DNA of 64,000 nt from Octopus vulgaris (Eukaryota). Of the stretch, positions 25,801-34,901 are shown in pieces. How positions within the stretch are numbered: position 1 is the first letter of the stretch; each line of letters starts with the position of its first letter. Below the pieces are notes generated by a model. That model did not search any database. It saw only the letters and a program-made list of their open reading frames with translations, and was not told where the DNA came from. Where the stretch lies: NCBI GenBank assembly GCA_951406725.2, contig OX597830.1, positions 62,124,001-62,188,000 of the forward strand. The letters are read 5' to 3'. The translations under genes and the position numbers were made by a program.

Positions 25801-26065
25801 TGACGGTGATTCTTCTGGAGTTGCCTCTGAACACACTTATCATTTCTGAAGTTTACTCAAATATTTTTGTTGATTTCTGGAATTTTCTTTTTAAGATGCA
25901 GTTAATTTTGTTTTAAACTTTTTTTTTTCTTCTTGTTTGTTTCAGAGTGGAGTGAGGTACATTGCCTCTCCTGCTGGTTCTGCTAACGATGCGGTCGTTA
26001 TTGAAGCTTGCGACGGCCTTGGCATTGCTTTGGCACACACCAATCTGCGTCTGTTCCATCATTAA
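599..26065 (+). CDS. ATIC: Bifunctional AICAR transformylase/IMP cyclohydrolase (ATIC/purH), multi-exon gene, 5'-partial (17 coding exons in window, 1630 nt)
   Basis: GT-AG exons join in frame and translate to hallmark motifs [96 protein letters not shown] and HTNLRLFHH*. Confidence 0.98.
2031..2097 (+). CDS. ATIC: ATIC exon ([23 protein letters not shown])
   Basis: tttccag|ga ... cg|gtatgt; 67 nt; phases match neighbours. Confidence 0.93.
3220..3437. mobile_element. piggyBac-like MITE
   Basis: TTAA|CCCTTTCATTACC ... GGTATCGAAAGGG|TTAA. Confidence 0.75.
4602..4690 (+). CDS. ATIC: ATIC exon ([29 protein letters not shown])
   Basis: ccctag|t ... atag|gtaaga; 89 nt. Confidence 0.96.
6190..6615 (+). 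mobile_element. Retroposon with (GAT)n tail and ~55-nt internal tandem units; copies at 3895-4240, 5040-5295, 11280-11570, 15910-16170 and 17958-18195(-)
   Basis: Repeated gtgccggtggcac(g/a)taaaaagcacc units followed by GGCGTTAGGAAGGGCATCCAGCCGTAGAAA...GATGATGAT. Confidence 0.75.
6659..6737 (+). CDS. ATIC: ATIC exon ([26 protein letters not shown])
   Basis: ctccag|gt ... gg|gtaatg; 79 nt. Confidence 0.95.
7476..9248 (-). CDS. Tigger/pogo (CENP-B-like, TIGD-like) transposase-derived protein, 590 aa, nested antisense in an ATIC intron
   Basis: Uninterrupted ORF with N-terminal KKKRK and CENP-B-type HTH motifs ([11 protein letters not shown]; [15 protein letters not shown]). DDE_1 motifs [33 protein letters not shown] and [25 protein letters not shown]; spacing is DD32D-type. 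Confidence 0.95.
   Translation of the reverse strand: MLKRKCTTDTDGKKKKRKAITLETKYEIVKMHDGGTTVKNISDKFSLNSSTVCTILKEKQKYLSQVRNAQLLYSTWSRKRDSGSIIPEMEKLLNVWIGDTTQRMHLNVNRAAIRSKALSLFTMLKEMKGDTNETFVASRGWFERFKNRHRWHSIKVQGGVLSADVDAAEKFPETLAEMIKEGGYVPQLIFNVDETGLFWKRMPSRSYIAKEESARPGFKVAKDRVTLLFGGNASGDLKLKPMLVYRAENPRALKGILKSTLPVIWKSNKKAWVTATLFEEWFSYHFVPEVKEYCDKNQLPFHAMLLIGNAPSHPPILKHLHPNVKVIFLPPNTTPLLQPMDQGVIAAFKAHYLRLTFAMLNEETVKEGGPTLMEFWKSHNIYTAVKIIGKAWDNISQKNMKGIWKKLCPQFLNDFEGFESLQENVEKEIEEIVKLANELNFNVSASDIDELLQSHSDELTNEDLIAMQEQETIEEKDTVEEAPVNAFTFKGLKEAFQHLDKALEIFQAQDPNFERSARVSTTITNASACYREIYREQKKKAKQATLELFIKKKSTDVCESAIASTSDGVHEPSARECDSKNNSNYNIFLL
9336..9737. mobile_element. hAT-like MITE inserted upstream of the Tigger ORF
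   Basis: Imperfect TIRs CAAACTGGGGCACCG / CGGTGTCCACCTTTG; perfect 8-bp TSD CTTATAAT (9328-9335, 9738-9745); internal GTTAAC subrepeats. Confidence 0.8.
10477..11222. mobile_element. Foldback MITE with long TIRs
   Basis: ggactttcggaaaattcacaagatccgattttttcctttataactttta (10501-) is inverted at ~11150-11198; internal subrepeats. Confidence 0.65.
12930..13288 (+). mobile_element. Non-autonomous Helitron-like element (second copy)
   Basis: High identity to 45307-45682; hairpin tgacccgg/ccgggtca, ends CTGG|T. Confidence 0.72.
13614..13686 (+). CDS. ATIC: ATIC exon ([24 protein letters not shown])
   Basis: ttttccag|a ... aag|gtgaga; 73 nt. Confidence 0.93.
14877..15033 (+). CDS. ATIC: ATIC exon ([20 protein letters not shown]...[24 protein letters not shown])
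   Basis: ttgcag|gct ... aaag|gtaaat; 157 nt. Confidence 0.97.
16393..16518 (+). CDS. ATIC: ATIC exon ([41 protein letters not shown])
   Basis: ttgcag|tt ... gcag|gtatga; 126 nt; contains the catalytic Lys-His pair of the transformylase domain. Confidence 0.97.
17628..17732 (+). CDS. ATIC: ATIC exon ([35 protein letters not shown])
   Basis: cctcag|gt ... cgtg|gtgagt; 105 nt. Confidence 0.96.
19090..19175 (+). CDS. ATIC: ATIC exon ([29 protein letters not shown])
   Basis: tttatag|ga ... gag|gtattt; 86 nt. Confidence 0.96.
20532..20636 (+). promoter_or_regulatory. Intronic TATA + TCT (5'TOP) promoter with ~20-nt non-coding first exon and 5' splice site
   Basis: TGCGCATGCG (NRF1-like) at 20532; TATATAAA at 20581-20588; pyrimidine tract with CT-C(+1)TTTC ~30 nt downstream (20609-20615); exon ends ...GACCG|GTGAGT at 20630/20631; locally CpG-retaining. 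Confidence 0.75.
21894..22188. mobile_element. Palindromic MITE, Merlin-like (GG termini, 8-bp TSD)
   Basis: GGCGAAGGTAAGGAATACGCACAC / GTGTGCGTATTCTTTACCGCCGCC; inner IR aagagtggtcccggtgcgcg/cgcgcaccgggaccactctt; CTTGTTTT duplicated at 21886-21893 and 22189-22196. Confidence 0.7.
22280..22390 (+). ncRNA. Candidate orphan box C/D RNA with long internal hairpin
   Basis: C-box variant ATGAAGC 22284-22290 and CTGA 22383-22386; internal stems GAGA.TGTTAAT/ATTGGCATCTC and GAGGG/CCCTC; ends 99 nt upstream of the 3' splice site; weak terminal stem. Confidence 0.4.
22486..22575 (+). CDS. ATIC: ATIC exon ([30 protein letters not shown])
   Basis: ttctaag|gtc ... cag|gtaggg; 90 nt. Confidence 0.96.
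22629..22749 (+). ncRNA. SNORD10: Box C/D snoRNA, SNORD10/mgU6-77-like (guides U6 Cm77 and the 28S Cm3808-equivalent)
   Basis: Terminal stem GGGGA/TCCCC; C box ATGATGA 22635-22641; D box CTGA 22741-22744. Guide CATGCGTGTCA(A) before D' CTGA (22661-22664) is complementary to U6 UGACACGCA (5th nt lands on C77) and to 28S UGACGCGCAUG. Confidence 0.88.
22926..23054 (+). CDS. ATIC: ATIC exon ([26 protein letters not shown]...NGKT)
   Basis: tttcag|att ... acg|gtgagt; 129 nt. Confidence 0.95.
23641..23868 (+). ncRNA. Candidate H/ACA-like structured intronic RNA
   Basis: Hairpins CAACTGA/TTAGTTG (with TTGTGGC/GTCACAA) and TGGCA/TGCCA; H-box-like ATATAA 23755-23760; 8-bp stem GAAGGGGA/TTCCCTTC followed by ATA; ~65 nt upstream of the 3' splice site. 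Confidence 0.4.
23933..24025 (+). CDS. ATIC: ATIC exon ([31 protein letters not shown])
   Basis: ttgcag|ctt ... cag|gtacag; 93 nt. Confidence 0.96.
24131..24204 (+). CDS. ATIC: ATIC exon ([24 protein letters not shown])
   Basis: tttttag|gtg ... tg|gtgagt; 74 nt. Confidence 0.96.
24237..24303 (+). ncRNA. Box C/D snoRNA, predicted guide for the 28S Am2815-equivalent (human SNORD95 target)
   Basis: Terminal stem AGAAC/GTTCT; C box GTGATGA 24243-24249; D box CTGA 24295-24298. AGAGGCTGT is antisense to 28S ACAGCCUCU with D+5 on the A. Lies 94 nt upstream of the 3' splice site. Confidence 0.78.
24398..24506 (+). CDS. ATIC: ATIC exon ([36 protein letters not shown])
   Basis: cccccag|g ... gag|gtatgt; 109 nt. 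Confidence 0.96.
24612..24671 (+). CDS. ATIC: ATIC exon ([20 protein letters not shown])
   Basis: ttgcag|gat ... gag|gtttgt; 60 nt. Confidence 0.9.
25633..25728 (+). CDS. ATIC: ATIC exon ([32 protein letters not shown])
   Basis: tttcag|aaa ... cgg|gtatgt; 96 nt. Confidence 0.96.
25764..25839 (+). ncRNA. Box C/D snoRNA, predicted guide for the 18S Am1383-equivalent
   Basis: Stem TAAGTG/CACTTA; C box ATGATGA 25775-25781; 12-nt guide AGTCTCGTTCGT (25788-25799) antisense to 18S ACGAACGAGACU; D' GTGA; C' GTGATTC; D box CTGA 25827-25830. Confidence 0.87.
25946..26065 (+). CDS. ATIC: ATIC last coding exon ([39 protein letters not shown])
   Basis: tttcag|agt ... TAA at 26063-26065; 120 nt. Confidence 0.97.
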   Translation, partial: SGVRYIASPAGSANDAVVIEACDGLGIALAHTNLRLFHH

Positions 26066-26143
26066 TTCTCCACCAATACTGAATCTCTCTCTGTTCGTGT
26101 TTTTCTAACCAATGATTTCCATAACTTTTTTTTTTCCTTTTCA

Positions 26144-26149
26144 AATAAA
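26144..26149 (+). terminator. Polyadenylation signal of ATIC
   Basis: AATAAA ~80 nt after the stop codon, followed by T/GT-rich sequence. Confidence 0.7.
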
Positions 26150-26299
26150 AGTATTCAAACTCATTAATGTTTGAATTTGTAGACTTCATTTTGCACTTTA
26201 AACGAGTAGTCTCCCTTAGCTATGCTGTAGTTATTTCCCTTGGATTAGAAACCAGGAATCTGGTGCCATTGGCCTTCACAATTTGTCCAACGACAGCTG

Positions 26300-27480
26300 A
26301 GAACACATGACTTCACTTAATTATTCCTATGACATGACTAAGGCTGTCTTCAGAGTGATATCTTTGAGAAATTCTTGAAGCGTCCCTTTCTCGAATGGAC
26401 CAAATAGCGAGGTCCGAAGGGTTGGCGTCTGGGGTGGAAGTGTTGTCCCAGGACCCACTGAAGTGGCTTCTGTATGACTGCTGTGTTGCATCTGACATAG
26501 GTTGACTGTCATTTTGTGCGAACACAATTGTCTACACATTTTTCGGCCATCTGCGGCAAAATGTCTTCATGTAAATTGACTTCCATTTTCTCTTAACCCT
26601 TTCATTACTATATTTCTGACCAAAATACACCCCTTATGTGTTTCAATTAATTTCTAACATAGTCATAAATTTAGTCTGGTTTCATTAAACAACTATAGCT
26701 TTTTTATTTATCAATATATTAATCTGATTTTTGGAAGATAGTTTAATGAAATGTTCTCAACCAGTTCTATACAATTTTTGTCACAAGGTGACTCTAATTG
26801 CAGGTAGATACAGGTAAATTCAACAAAACATAAAATTATTAAAATTTTGTTCAAACATCGCTATAGAAAATGGGTTATTAGCTAATATTCAATTGTCAGA
26901 ATTACAAATTTTGAAAACACAATAGGAACAAATTTCGGGAAAAAAAATCTCCCAAAATTCACGGAATTAAAATTATACTTCGATCGTTGTACTAAACTGT
27001 AGATGAACTGTTTACGAAGTATAATCACGTGTTTTCACGAATGTACTAAAGAGATTTGCTCTGATATTCTCATTTAAATATGAATAGGTAAATACGGGCG
27101 GCTTGGTCACATGAACCAAAATTTTGTTTGGGCGGTTTGGTAACGAAAGGGTTAGTGAACACCAGAGATTTTTGAGTATTGGATGATACTGCCATCACTC
27201 CGGGTTTCATTCATTGAAACACCTTGGAGGTGCCTTCAGGAACAGCATCCAGCTTCATAGACAAGATCTTGTTCTGGTTTGCTATAGCCTTCACAGTGAA
27301 TGTCTTTTTGTCCAGCTAGATGGAGACATTGTCACTGATGTTCTGAATCTCCTCTGCCAATTCCTTGCACCTTGTCTGGAAGCAGTTGAAATTAGGTGTT
27401 GACAATTTTGATGACTTACAACCCATTGCATGATTGTCTGGGAGATATTGAGACTTTTAGCCATTTGCCTTGTGTTTCTC
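26300..27480 (-). pseudogene. Degraded Tc1/mariner (maT/DD37D-like) transposase
   Basis: - strand remnants LDKKTFTVKAIANQN (cf. SDEKIFTV), KPGVMAVSS..KSLVF and SHFSGSWD..TPDANPSDLAIWSIRE (cf. SPDLNPLDFAIWSILE); stops and frameshifts. Confidence 0.7.
26597..27151. mobile_element. piggyBac-like MITE inserted in a transposase relic
   Basis: TTAA|CCCTTTCATTAC ... GTAACGAAAGGG|TTAG; same termini as the 3220-3437 element. Confidence 0.7.
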
Positions 27481-30400
27481 TGGATTCTGTGACTTTTTCT
27501 AACGGCATCCTATGAGCTGGATGTCATTTGAACCTGTCACACTAGTGTTTATTAGTTATTGCAACAGGATGGGTTTTCTAGCATCCAGTTACTGCGTTGT
27601 GGCTATCATTGTTGATCTGGGTCACATTTTAATTGATTAATCTGTCAGTGTCATCTGGCTAATTATGGGATAGTCTTACATCTCTACAAATTACTCATTT
27701 TCCTGCATTTATCTATTTTTCTGTAATTTCCTCTGTAAACAATTTAATTGATGTCTGTTGGTGAGATAATGACTTACTCAGCTGGTATTCGTTAGTATTT
27801 TATTACCATTTTGGGGCTTGTTGCAGCAGAACCACGCATTTAATTTCCTGTATTCTTTATCCCTTCTGCCATCATCTAATGTCCATTGTCTATGCTGGTG
27901 TGGGACAGTTTGTGTGGAGCTGCCTCAGACTCCCGGTCTGATTTGGTATGGTTTCTACAGCTGGATGCCCTTCTTAACACCAACCAATCTGCAGGGTATG
28001 CTGGGTGGTTTTATATGGCACCACCAGAGGGACTGGTCTTAACTATTCTGTTGCAGAATACATGTCTGGAACATGAAAATTTGAAGGAGTCTTAATTTAG
28101 ATCACTTTAGGCAGGGTAGCATCAAATGGATTATCCCTTTCTAGGACACTATTTGATATGGTGTTTGTAAACAGATTTTTTTTACATAATTGCAGCTTAT
28201 CCCTAAGTAAGTGCATTTTTCAGCTGTGGCTGTATGATAAGTAGCTTGCTTAGGAACCACATGGTTCTGGGTTCAGTCCCACTGCATGGCTACTATAGCC
28301 TTGGGCCGACCAAAGCCTTGTGAGTGGATTTGGTAGATGGAAACTGAAAGAAGCCCTTCGCATATATATGCTGGAGTGTTTACGTCCCTGTAACTTAGCG
28401 ATCTGGCAAAGGAAACCGACAGAATAAGTACTGGGGTTGATTTCCTCGACTAAGACTGCTCCAGCATGGCCGCAGTCAAATGACTGAAAAAGAATAGGTG
28501 AAATGCCATCCTCTTAAATAAGATAAGTATTGGCATTTGAATGTGAAGCCGGTTGAATTAGTAGTTGTAAGAATGCTGGATTAGTGACAAAATGTATAGT
28601 ACTAATAGGGTGTGGCTGGTTCTGGATTCACTTCCTCTGCATCACACTTCTATAACCTCGGTCTGGATGTCTTGTGAGTGATGGAAACTGAAAGAAGCCC
28701 ATTGTATGTATATGTCCTCTGCCTCAAGTGTTGGTTTGTTTTTGTTTCTGTAATTTAGCAGTTTGGCAAAAGGGGACCAATAGCATAAGTACCACTGTGG
28801 TTGGTTCACAGAAACTGAAAGAAGCCCAACATTGTGTCTTTGTCCACAGCCATACACTGATAACTAGTATTGGTTTGTTTCTTTTTCTTGTGATTCAGCA
28901 AAAAGCGTACAGGTATCAATTTGTCTAAAACAGGTTTCATATATAAGATTTTGGGGGACTCTCATTTGTATTTTAAGGGCCCCTGATAATATTTTGCTTC
29001 AGTTGTATGTATTGCAAGGAACAGTTAGGTTTCACTCTCTGAAATTTTACATAATTTCTTACACAAGTTCATGTGTGGGAAACAAAATAGTTTCTATAAA
29101 ACTAGGTTTTCAACAGCAAAAAGCTATAAAATGCAATATTGGGTTGGTGCATAATTGTGGCTTTTTTCCAATAAATTTTATTCAACAAAAACATCTTTAA
29201 ATGACCATCTGCCAAGCAAACAGGGAATAGTAATTGAAGTAGATGGTGAAAATACTCTGGAATAATCATTTAAAGATGTTTTTGTTGAAAAAATGGTTAA
29301 GAATCCCTAATCAAAACCCTTTGTAAAAGTACCCCAGAGTAAGGTAAATGGGTCTTAGGTGGCTTTCTTTTGACAGGTTCTCGCTTAGATATAGGCAGAA
29401 TGGTTGTAGAAGTCTTATTTGCAAACGGCCTCATCTGATTCTACTGCACAATATCAAGAATGAACGTCATTTTCTATGGCTTTTGGTCGATGTATACTTC
29501 ATGATACTGGATAGAAGAGAACTTCAGAATCTTCGGGTTGTTTTTTAGGTGCAGCCCTGGCTGTGTGGTTTAGAAGTTTGCCTCCCATCTACACATGGTT
29601 CCATGTTTAGTTACCCCTGAAACTGCAAGTTGAAAGCTTTGTGAGTGGATTTGGTGGAGGGAAACTGAAAGAAGCTTGCGTGTATAGATATATCAGTGAA
29701 TCTTTGGTCCCCCACCAGTGCTTGACAGTTGGTGTTGGTATATTTACATCGTTGTAACTTAGCAGTTTTGCAAAAGAGACTGACAGAATAAGTACTGGGG
29801 TTGATTCGTTTGTCTAACAATTCATCAAGGTGTTGCCCCAGCATGGCCGCAGTCTAATGATTGGGTCAAATAAAAGACAATCCCGTCAGATTGTACATGT
29901 AATTCAAAACCTTGTGACTGACTGAGAATTTCATTAAAAGTAAACATGTCTGGAATACTCGACCAATTACATATTAATTCAGGGGCAGATAATTCGGTTG
30001 ATCAAACGACCGAATCCCTCATCGAACGACGAAACTGGTAGTTCCTGTGTCCAAGATGTGCGAGGAGTTGAATCAGGGATGAAGTGTCCTCTGTCCTTGA
30101 ACAGAAAAATTGATCTTTTCGGAGCTGGATATGAGAGGCCGCTTGTGTAGTGACTAGAGAGGGGTTTAGGCTTGTTTCATTATCTTTTGCAGGAGTTTTT
30201 TTCGCTGTTGAGCAATGATATAGGTTGATATATGTATATTAACTTCTAATATACAATTTAGCATATATATATATAAAATTATAAATTAGGGCATCTACGA
30301 GATACCTCCGTGGTGAAAATAGCAGCCATGATCTGACTCTAAAACCACCTTAATTGTCCATATCGCAAACACGGAGAGAAAGCAAAGAGACAAGATGAAG

Positions 30401-32311
30401 CTAGTTAAAAAAATTACTGGATAATTCTAGATCTCGGATTTCTGACTTTGCATTTAAGGTTTTGCCTCGTCAGTAGAATACACACAGAAAAGAAACATAA
30501 ATACAACATACGAATACTTACGATGTAGTTTTGCTTTCAGTTCGTGGAAATAGTATGTGTAGTGTGATGGAGGGAAAAGACAACAGAAAAAGAAGTAAAC
30601 GAGAGAAAGAAATACAGAGACCTTACCTGTTGACCTAGGCGGGGTGAGCAATCACTCACAAAAAGTAAACACACGTCCTTGCACGCTGCCGTTTCTCATC
30701 GAACTGCCCGCACGTTCTTCCGGCCCACGCATGCCCCATGGCTGTTCTGCCGGCCCCTGCAGTCTTCACTTCCGTCTACCTCATCTGCAACCCTCTCCAC
30801 CAACACCACATAGCTCATCACAGCCCATAACACCACACTATGTTTAGATTATAAGTGGATTATTTACGTACAGTACGATGATACTACCTGGCCTGGACTG
30901 AAGACCAGGGGTGTAAGAGAAAATGCTTAAAATACAGTGCAGGAAGAAATACAACTAAGTTCAAATTCTACTAAAGCCGTTTCTAGCTTCTTTTGGGTCG
31001 ATATAACAAAGTACCTGTCAAATATTGAGGTTGATATAATTGTTTACTCTGCTTCTAAAATTACAAGGTTTGTACCAAAATATGAAACCATTATTTGTCG
31101 TAGAATTACGAGTGTTGGGCAAAATATTCCAACTCTTGTGCTGAAGATGTCTTTCGTCCCATTGGAGATGGATAAAATAAGGTACCTTTGGTTCAATATA
31201 TTCAACTGCTCCCTTCGTTCAAATTCCTTGTTTTGTACCTGTGTAAGAAACAATTACAAGTCTCCTGGAGAATTTGTGTAATTAACTGGCATTCCATCGG
31301 TTGTTATAATCAGGGTTCCAGTTAATCTGATCAACGGAACAGCCCGCTTGTGAAATTAACTGTGCAAATGGCTGAGCACACCTCAGACATGTGTGCACAT
31401 GACGTAGTTCTTAGGGAGAACTTTCAGCGTGACACAGTGTGACAAGGCTGGCTTTAAGAAATACAGGTACCTGGAGCAACGTGAAATGAAGTTTCTTGCT
31501 CAAGGTCACTACGAGCCGCCAGGAATCGAACTCATGATCTCACGATCGTGAGCCGAATACCCCCAACTACTACGCCACCCGCCTTCACTGTATGACTAGA
31601 AGCAATAACGATATATAAGAATTATTGTACGGAACACAACCGGGAAGTATTGGTGTTGGAAGAATTTGTCGGACTTTATGATGGCGCAACTTGACAACCG
31701 CTTCCGTCGTTTTTGCGATGTTGGGGTGGAGGCTAGTAAATGCCAGGGTCAAAGCTGTTGCACTTCTTGGAAAGCAGATGCCATAACATGATTCTCCAGG
31801 TAGGAATCTATCTAATAAATGCTACCGTTGTTCATGGTTGCCCCAGGTGTCTGCACCTATGTGCGCATGTCTGAGATGTTCGGTTTTGTTTTTAAGACTA
31901 GCAGTTGGTCATACATGCAGGTCTTCCCTCCCTTATGTCACCGATATTGTCCAGATGTGAAATAAGGACCAGTGATAGACGCCAGATTCTACAACACCAA
32001 TATTGTTCATTGCAAGCGTTGTGGTCAGAACACAAAAGAGTCGAGAATATATCGTAAGGCATCCAAACCAAGACAAATTGTTCTATCAATCCATGACCCT
32101 TAAGTCGTTTTTTTATTTTTTCGACCCTCAAAACGATCAAAAGCGAAGTTGCTCTCGTGGGATTTGAACTCGGGACAAAAAAACTGAAACGGGTGTCGTA
32201 TTCTATGCGATACCCTAGGCAATTGTTCTCAACCTTTTTAATACCCGAGCCAGATTCAAAACCTGGATTTTTGTAGGGGTCCACCCCCCCACAATAAAGT
32301 AAACCACAAGC

Positions 32312-32728
32312 TAAAGGTAATATTTATCCCAACTAAAAAAGAAGTCGTTGTGTTAAAACACAGAGTATTGCGATATTTACCAGCGAAAGAAACTCTCATA
32401 TTGTCTTTTGGTGCATATAAGCACTCTTGTTTACATCGCTAGCGGGAGACATCTTCGCCACCGCTGAGGCTACCTGGTCATGTGATATAGGCCTCCCCTG
32501 GCCTTGTCAATGGTAGACGTTCGGACGCTGGAGATAGCAATCGCCGAAATCACGTGATCTGGTAGTCTCGGCGGTGCTATGGTGGGTGATTATCTCCCTG
32601 CTAGCGATGTATACAAGTGTTTATATGCACCAAAAGGCAATACGGAAGGTCCTCTCGTGGTAAATAACGCAGTATTCTGTGTCCTAAACACAACATTCAC
32701 TTTTAAGTGAGGATAAATATTACCTTTT
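32312..32728. mobile_element. Foldback MITE (~180-bp arms), nested in a hAT-like relic (~32215-32862)
   Basis: aaaggtaatatttatcc...ttttggtgcatataagcact...tacatcgctagcgggaga is inverted as tctccctgctagcgatgta...tatatgcaccaaaag...ggataaatattaccttt. Confidence 0.65.
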
Positions 32729-33940
32729 GGTATTATACTGTTTCTTTCGCTTATTTAAAACACAAGTCAAGGAAAAAATTGTATTTATCGAGAGGTTGCT
32801 AGAAGGATACTTGAGGGCCGCATGGCGCTCTGGCAGCCACAGTGGTGAACCACTGCTCTAGCGATTCCACCAGCTCACTGACTCTATAGAGAGAAATGTA
32901 TTTAAGGGTTTTACAAAAACATAAGAGGGGACAGTTTGTAAGCAATGAAAGCGACAACATGGTTATTTTGTTGGGCTGGAGTGAGTGGAGATTTTGCATT
33001 TAGAGGTGACGTGCGTTAAGTGTTTGACAATTTATATCAGTTGAGACCCTACATAAAACTGAGGGCAATAATGTGAGATTGGTTCAAGACTTATATTTTC
33101 TCCTCTAAAAGACCAATAAGTGTTTATACTAAATACGTATAGGCTTGGCTTGGCTAACAAGTCCGCTTTACAATCACGTGGTTTTGAGTTCAGTCCCAAC
33201 TGCAGTACTTTGGGTGAATGTCTTTTTCCGGTGGATTTGGTTGACAGAAACCGCAGGAAGCACTTCGTGTGTGTGTCTGTATATGTGCATACAAGTATTG
33301 TGACAGAAGCAGTGCTTCAATCATAGGAAGAATCAGACATGAAGGAAGCTGCAAGAAAGCAAGCCCCTGATATGTTCGATTAAATGGCCTCTAAGCTAAA
33401 TTGACCATCTGCATAGACAAAAAGGGCCAGTTGGTGTGTTTGTGTGTGTGTGATGATGACATCTGTTTTAATGTCGTTCAATTTTTTTCAATCGATCAAC
33501 AGACCGATTGAGTAAACAGAACTATGAGCGCACCTATAATGAATATCGGAAACAGCTGTAAGTCAAAATGTATAAATAAAGAAATATGTAATGCTCAATT
33601 ATATATGCCTCTCCTTATATATGCACCAGTGTGCAAGAATGTTGATACTTTATACTGGTCACCACTTGAGCAAAATGTTTATGATGTTGACATTATGACC
33701 GATCACTCTAAAATTTCAAAGAACACTGGAATAAAAATATTTCTTGCTAAAAAAACAAGAGTTGGTGACAGGAAGAACATCTGGGCATAAAATATTGCCT
33801 CATATGTGTGTGTGTGTGTGTGTGTGTTATGTGTGTTTACATTGAATTTGATGCTGTAATTATGACTGTATTATGAAACAGCTGTAACCTCTACAGCAGT
33901 ATTAAAATTCTTGCCTCTTACCTCTTCTTGTTCTATTTGG

Positions 33941-34031
<91 letters not shown>

Positions 34032-34124
34032 TATTTAAAATGAGGGTGAGAAATTTGATATTAATTTAATTAACAACAATTTCACACCAGTGGTCTAGCA
34101 TATAAAAATCTGAAGGTTCAGTAA

Positions 34125-34156
<32 letters not shown>

Positions 34157-34182
34157 GAGGGATGACCACTATGTGGACAACC

Positions 34183-34238
<56 letters not shown>

Positions 34239-34247
34239 AGATAGATA

Positions 34248-34300
<53 letters not shown>

Positions 34301-34857
34301 GATAGATAGATAGATAGATAGACGCACGCATACACGTATGTGTGTGTAATTTTTCGCAAACTCATCAGCTTTGGATTCGTAAAAATATCGTGACCTTCTC
34401 CCCTAGAGTCAAGGTATGTCAATATGGCTCCCAGTCCAACAGAGAAGATGGTATCACCATAAATAGCTTTCAATCAAGTGTCAAAATGTGATAACATTTC
34501 ATGAGATATTACGCATCGCTTTAATTCCTGGAATTTTTCCTCTTCTCTTGTTTACCATCCTACTGATACTCTCTCCCCACAACATTTTCCCTTTTTTCGC
34601 TTTGTCTTTCTTTCATTTTTTTTTTTTGCCAGTTTCCGTGGGACGCCTGTCGTTATGATTAAACGTGACATGGAGCAACCCAAGGAAGATGAATAATCCT
34701 CATTAATTTCTTAATTAAATCCGTGTTGTTAGACTTTTTGAAGTGAGTCACATCGCTGATTTAATTCCGCGTCGGTTCAATTCCAAGATTAAAAACAAGG
34801 AAGCTAAACTGTTCAATCTGCCTCGTTCTGTACTAAAAGTACGTTTCTACCGATTTA

Positions 34858-34901
<44 letters not shown>

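Noticed and set aside
22983-26065. N-truncated ATIC protein from the internal promoter (first in-frame ATG at 22983)
   Set aside because: It is preceded by out-of-frame ATGs and would lack the catalytic Lys-His exon, so a functional protein is unlikely; not excluded without ribosome profiling.
30697-30784. Neuropeptide-like peptide EDCRGRQNSHGACVGRK on the - strand
   Set aside because: No valid acceptor or signal peptide, and the frame is closed by a stop shortly upstream; probably coincidental.
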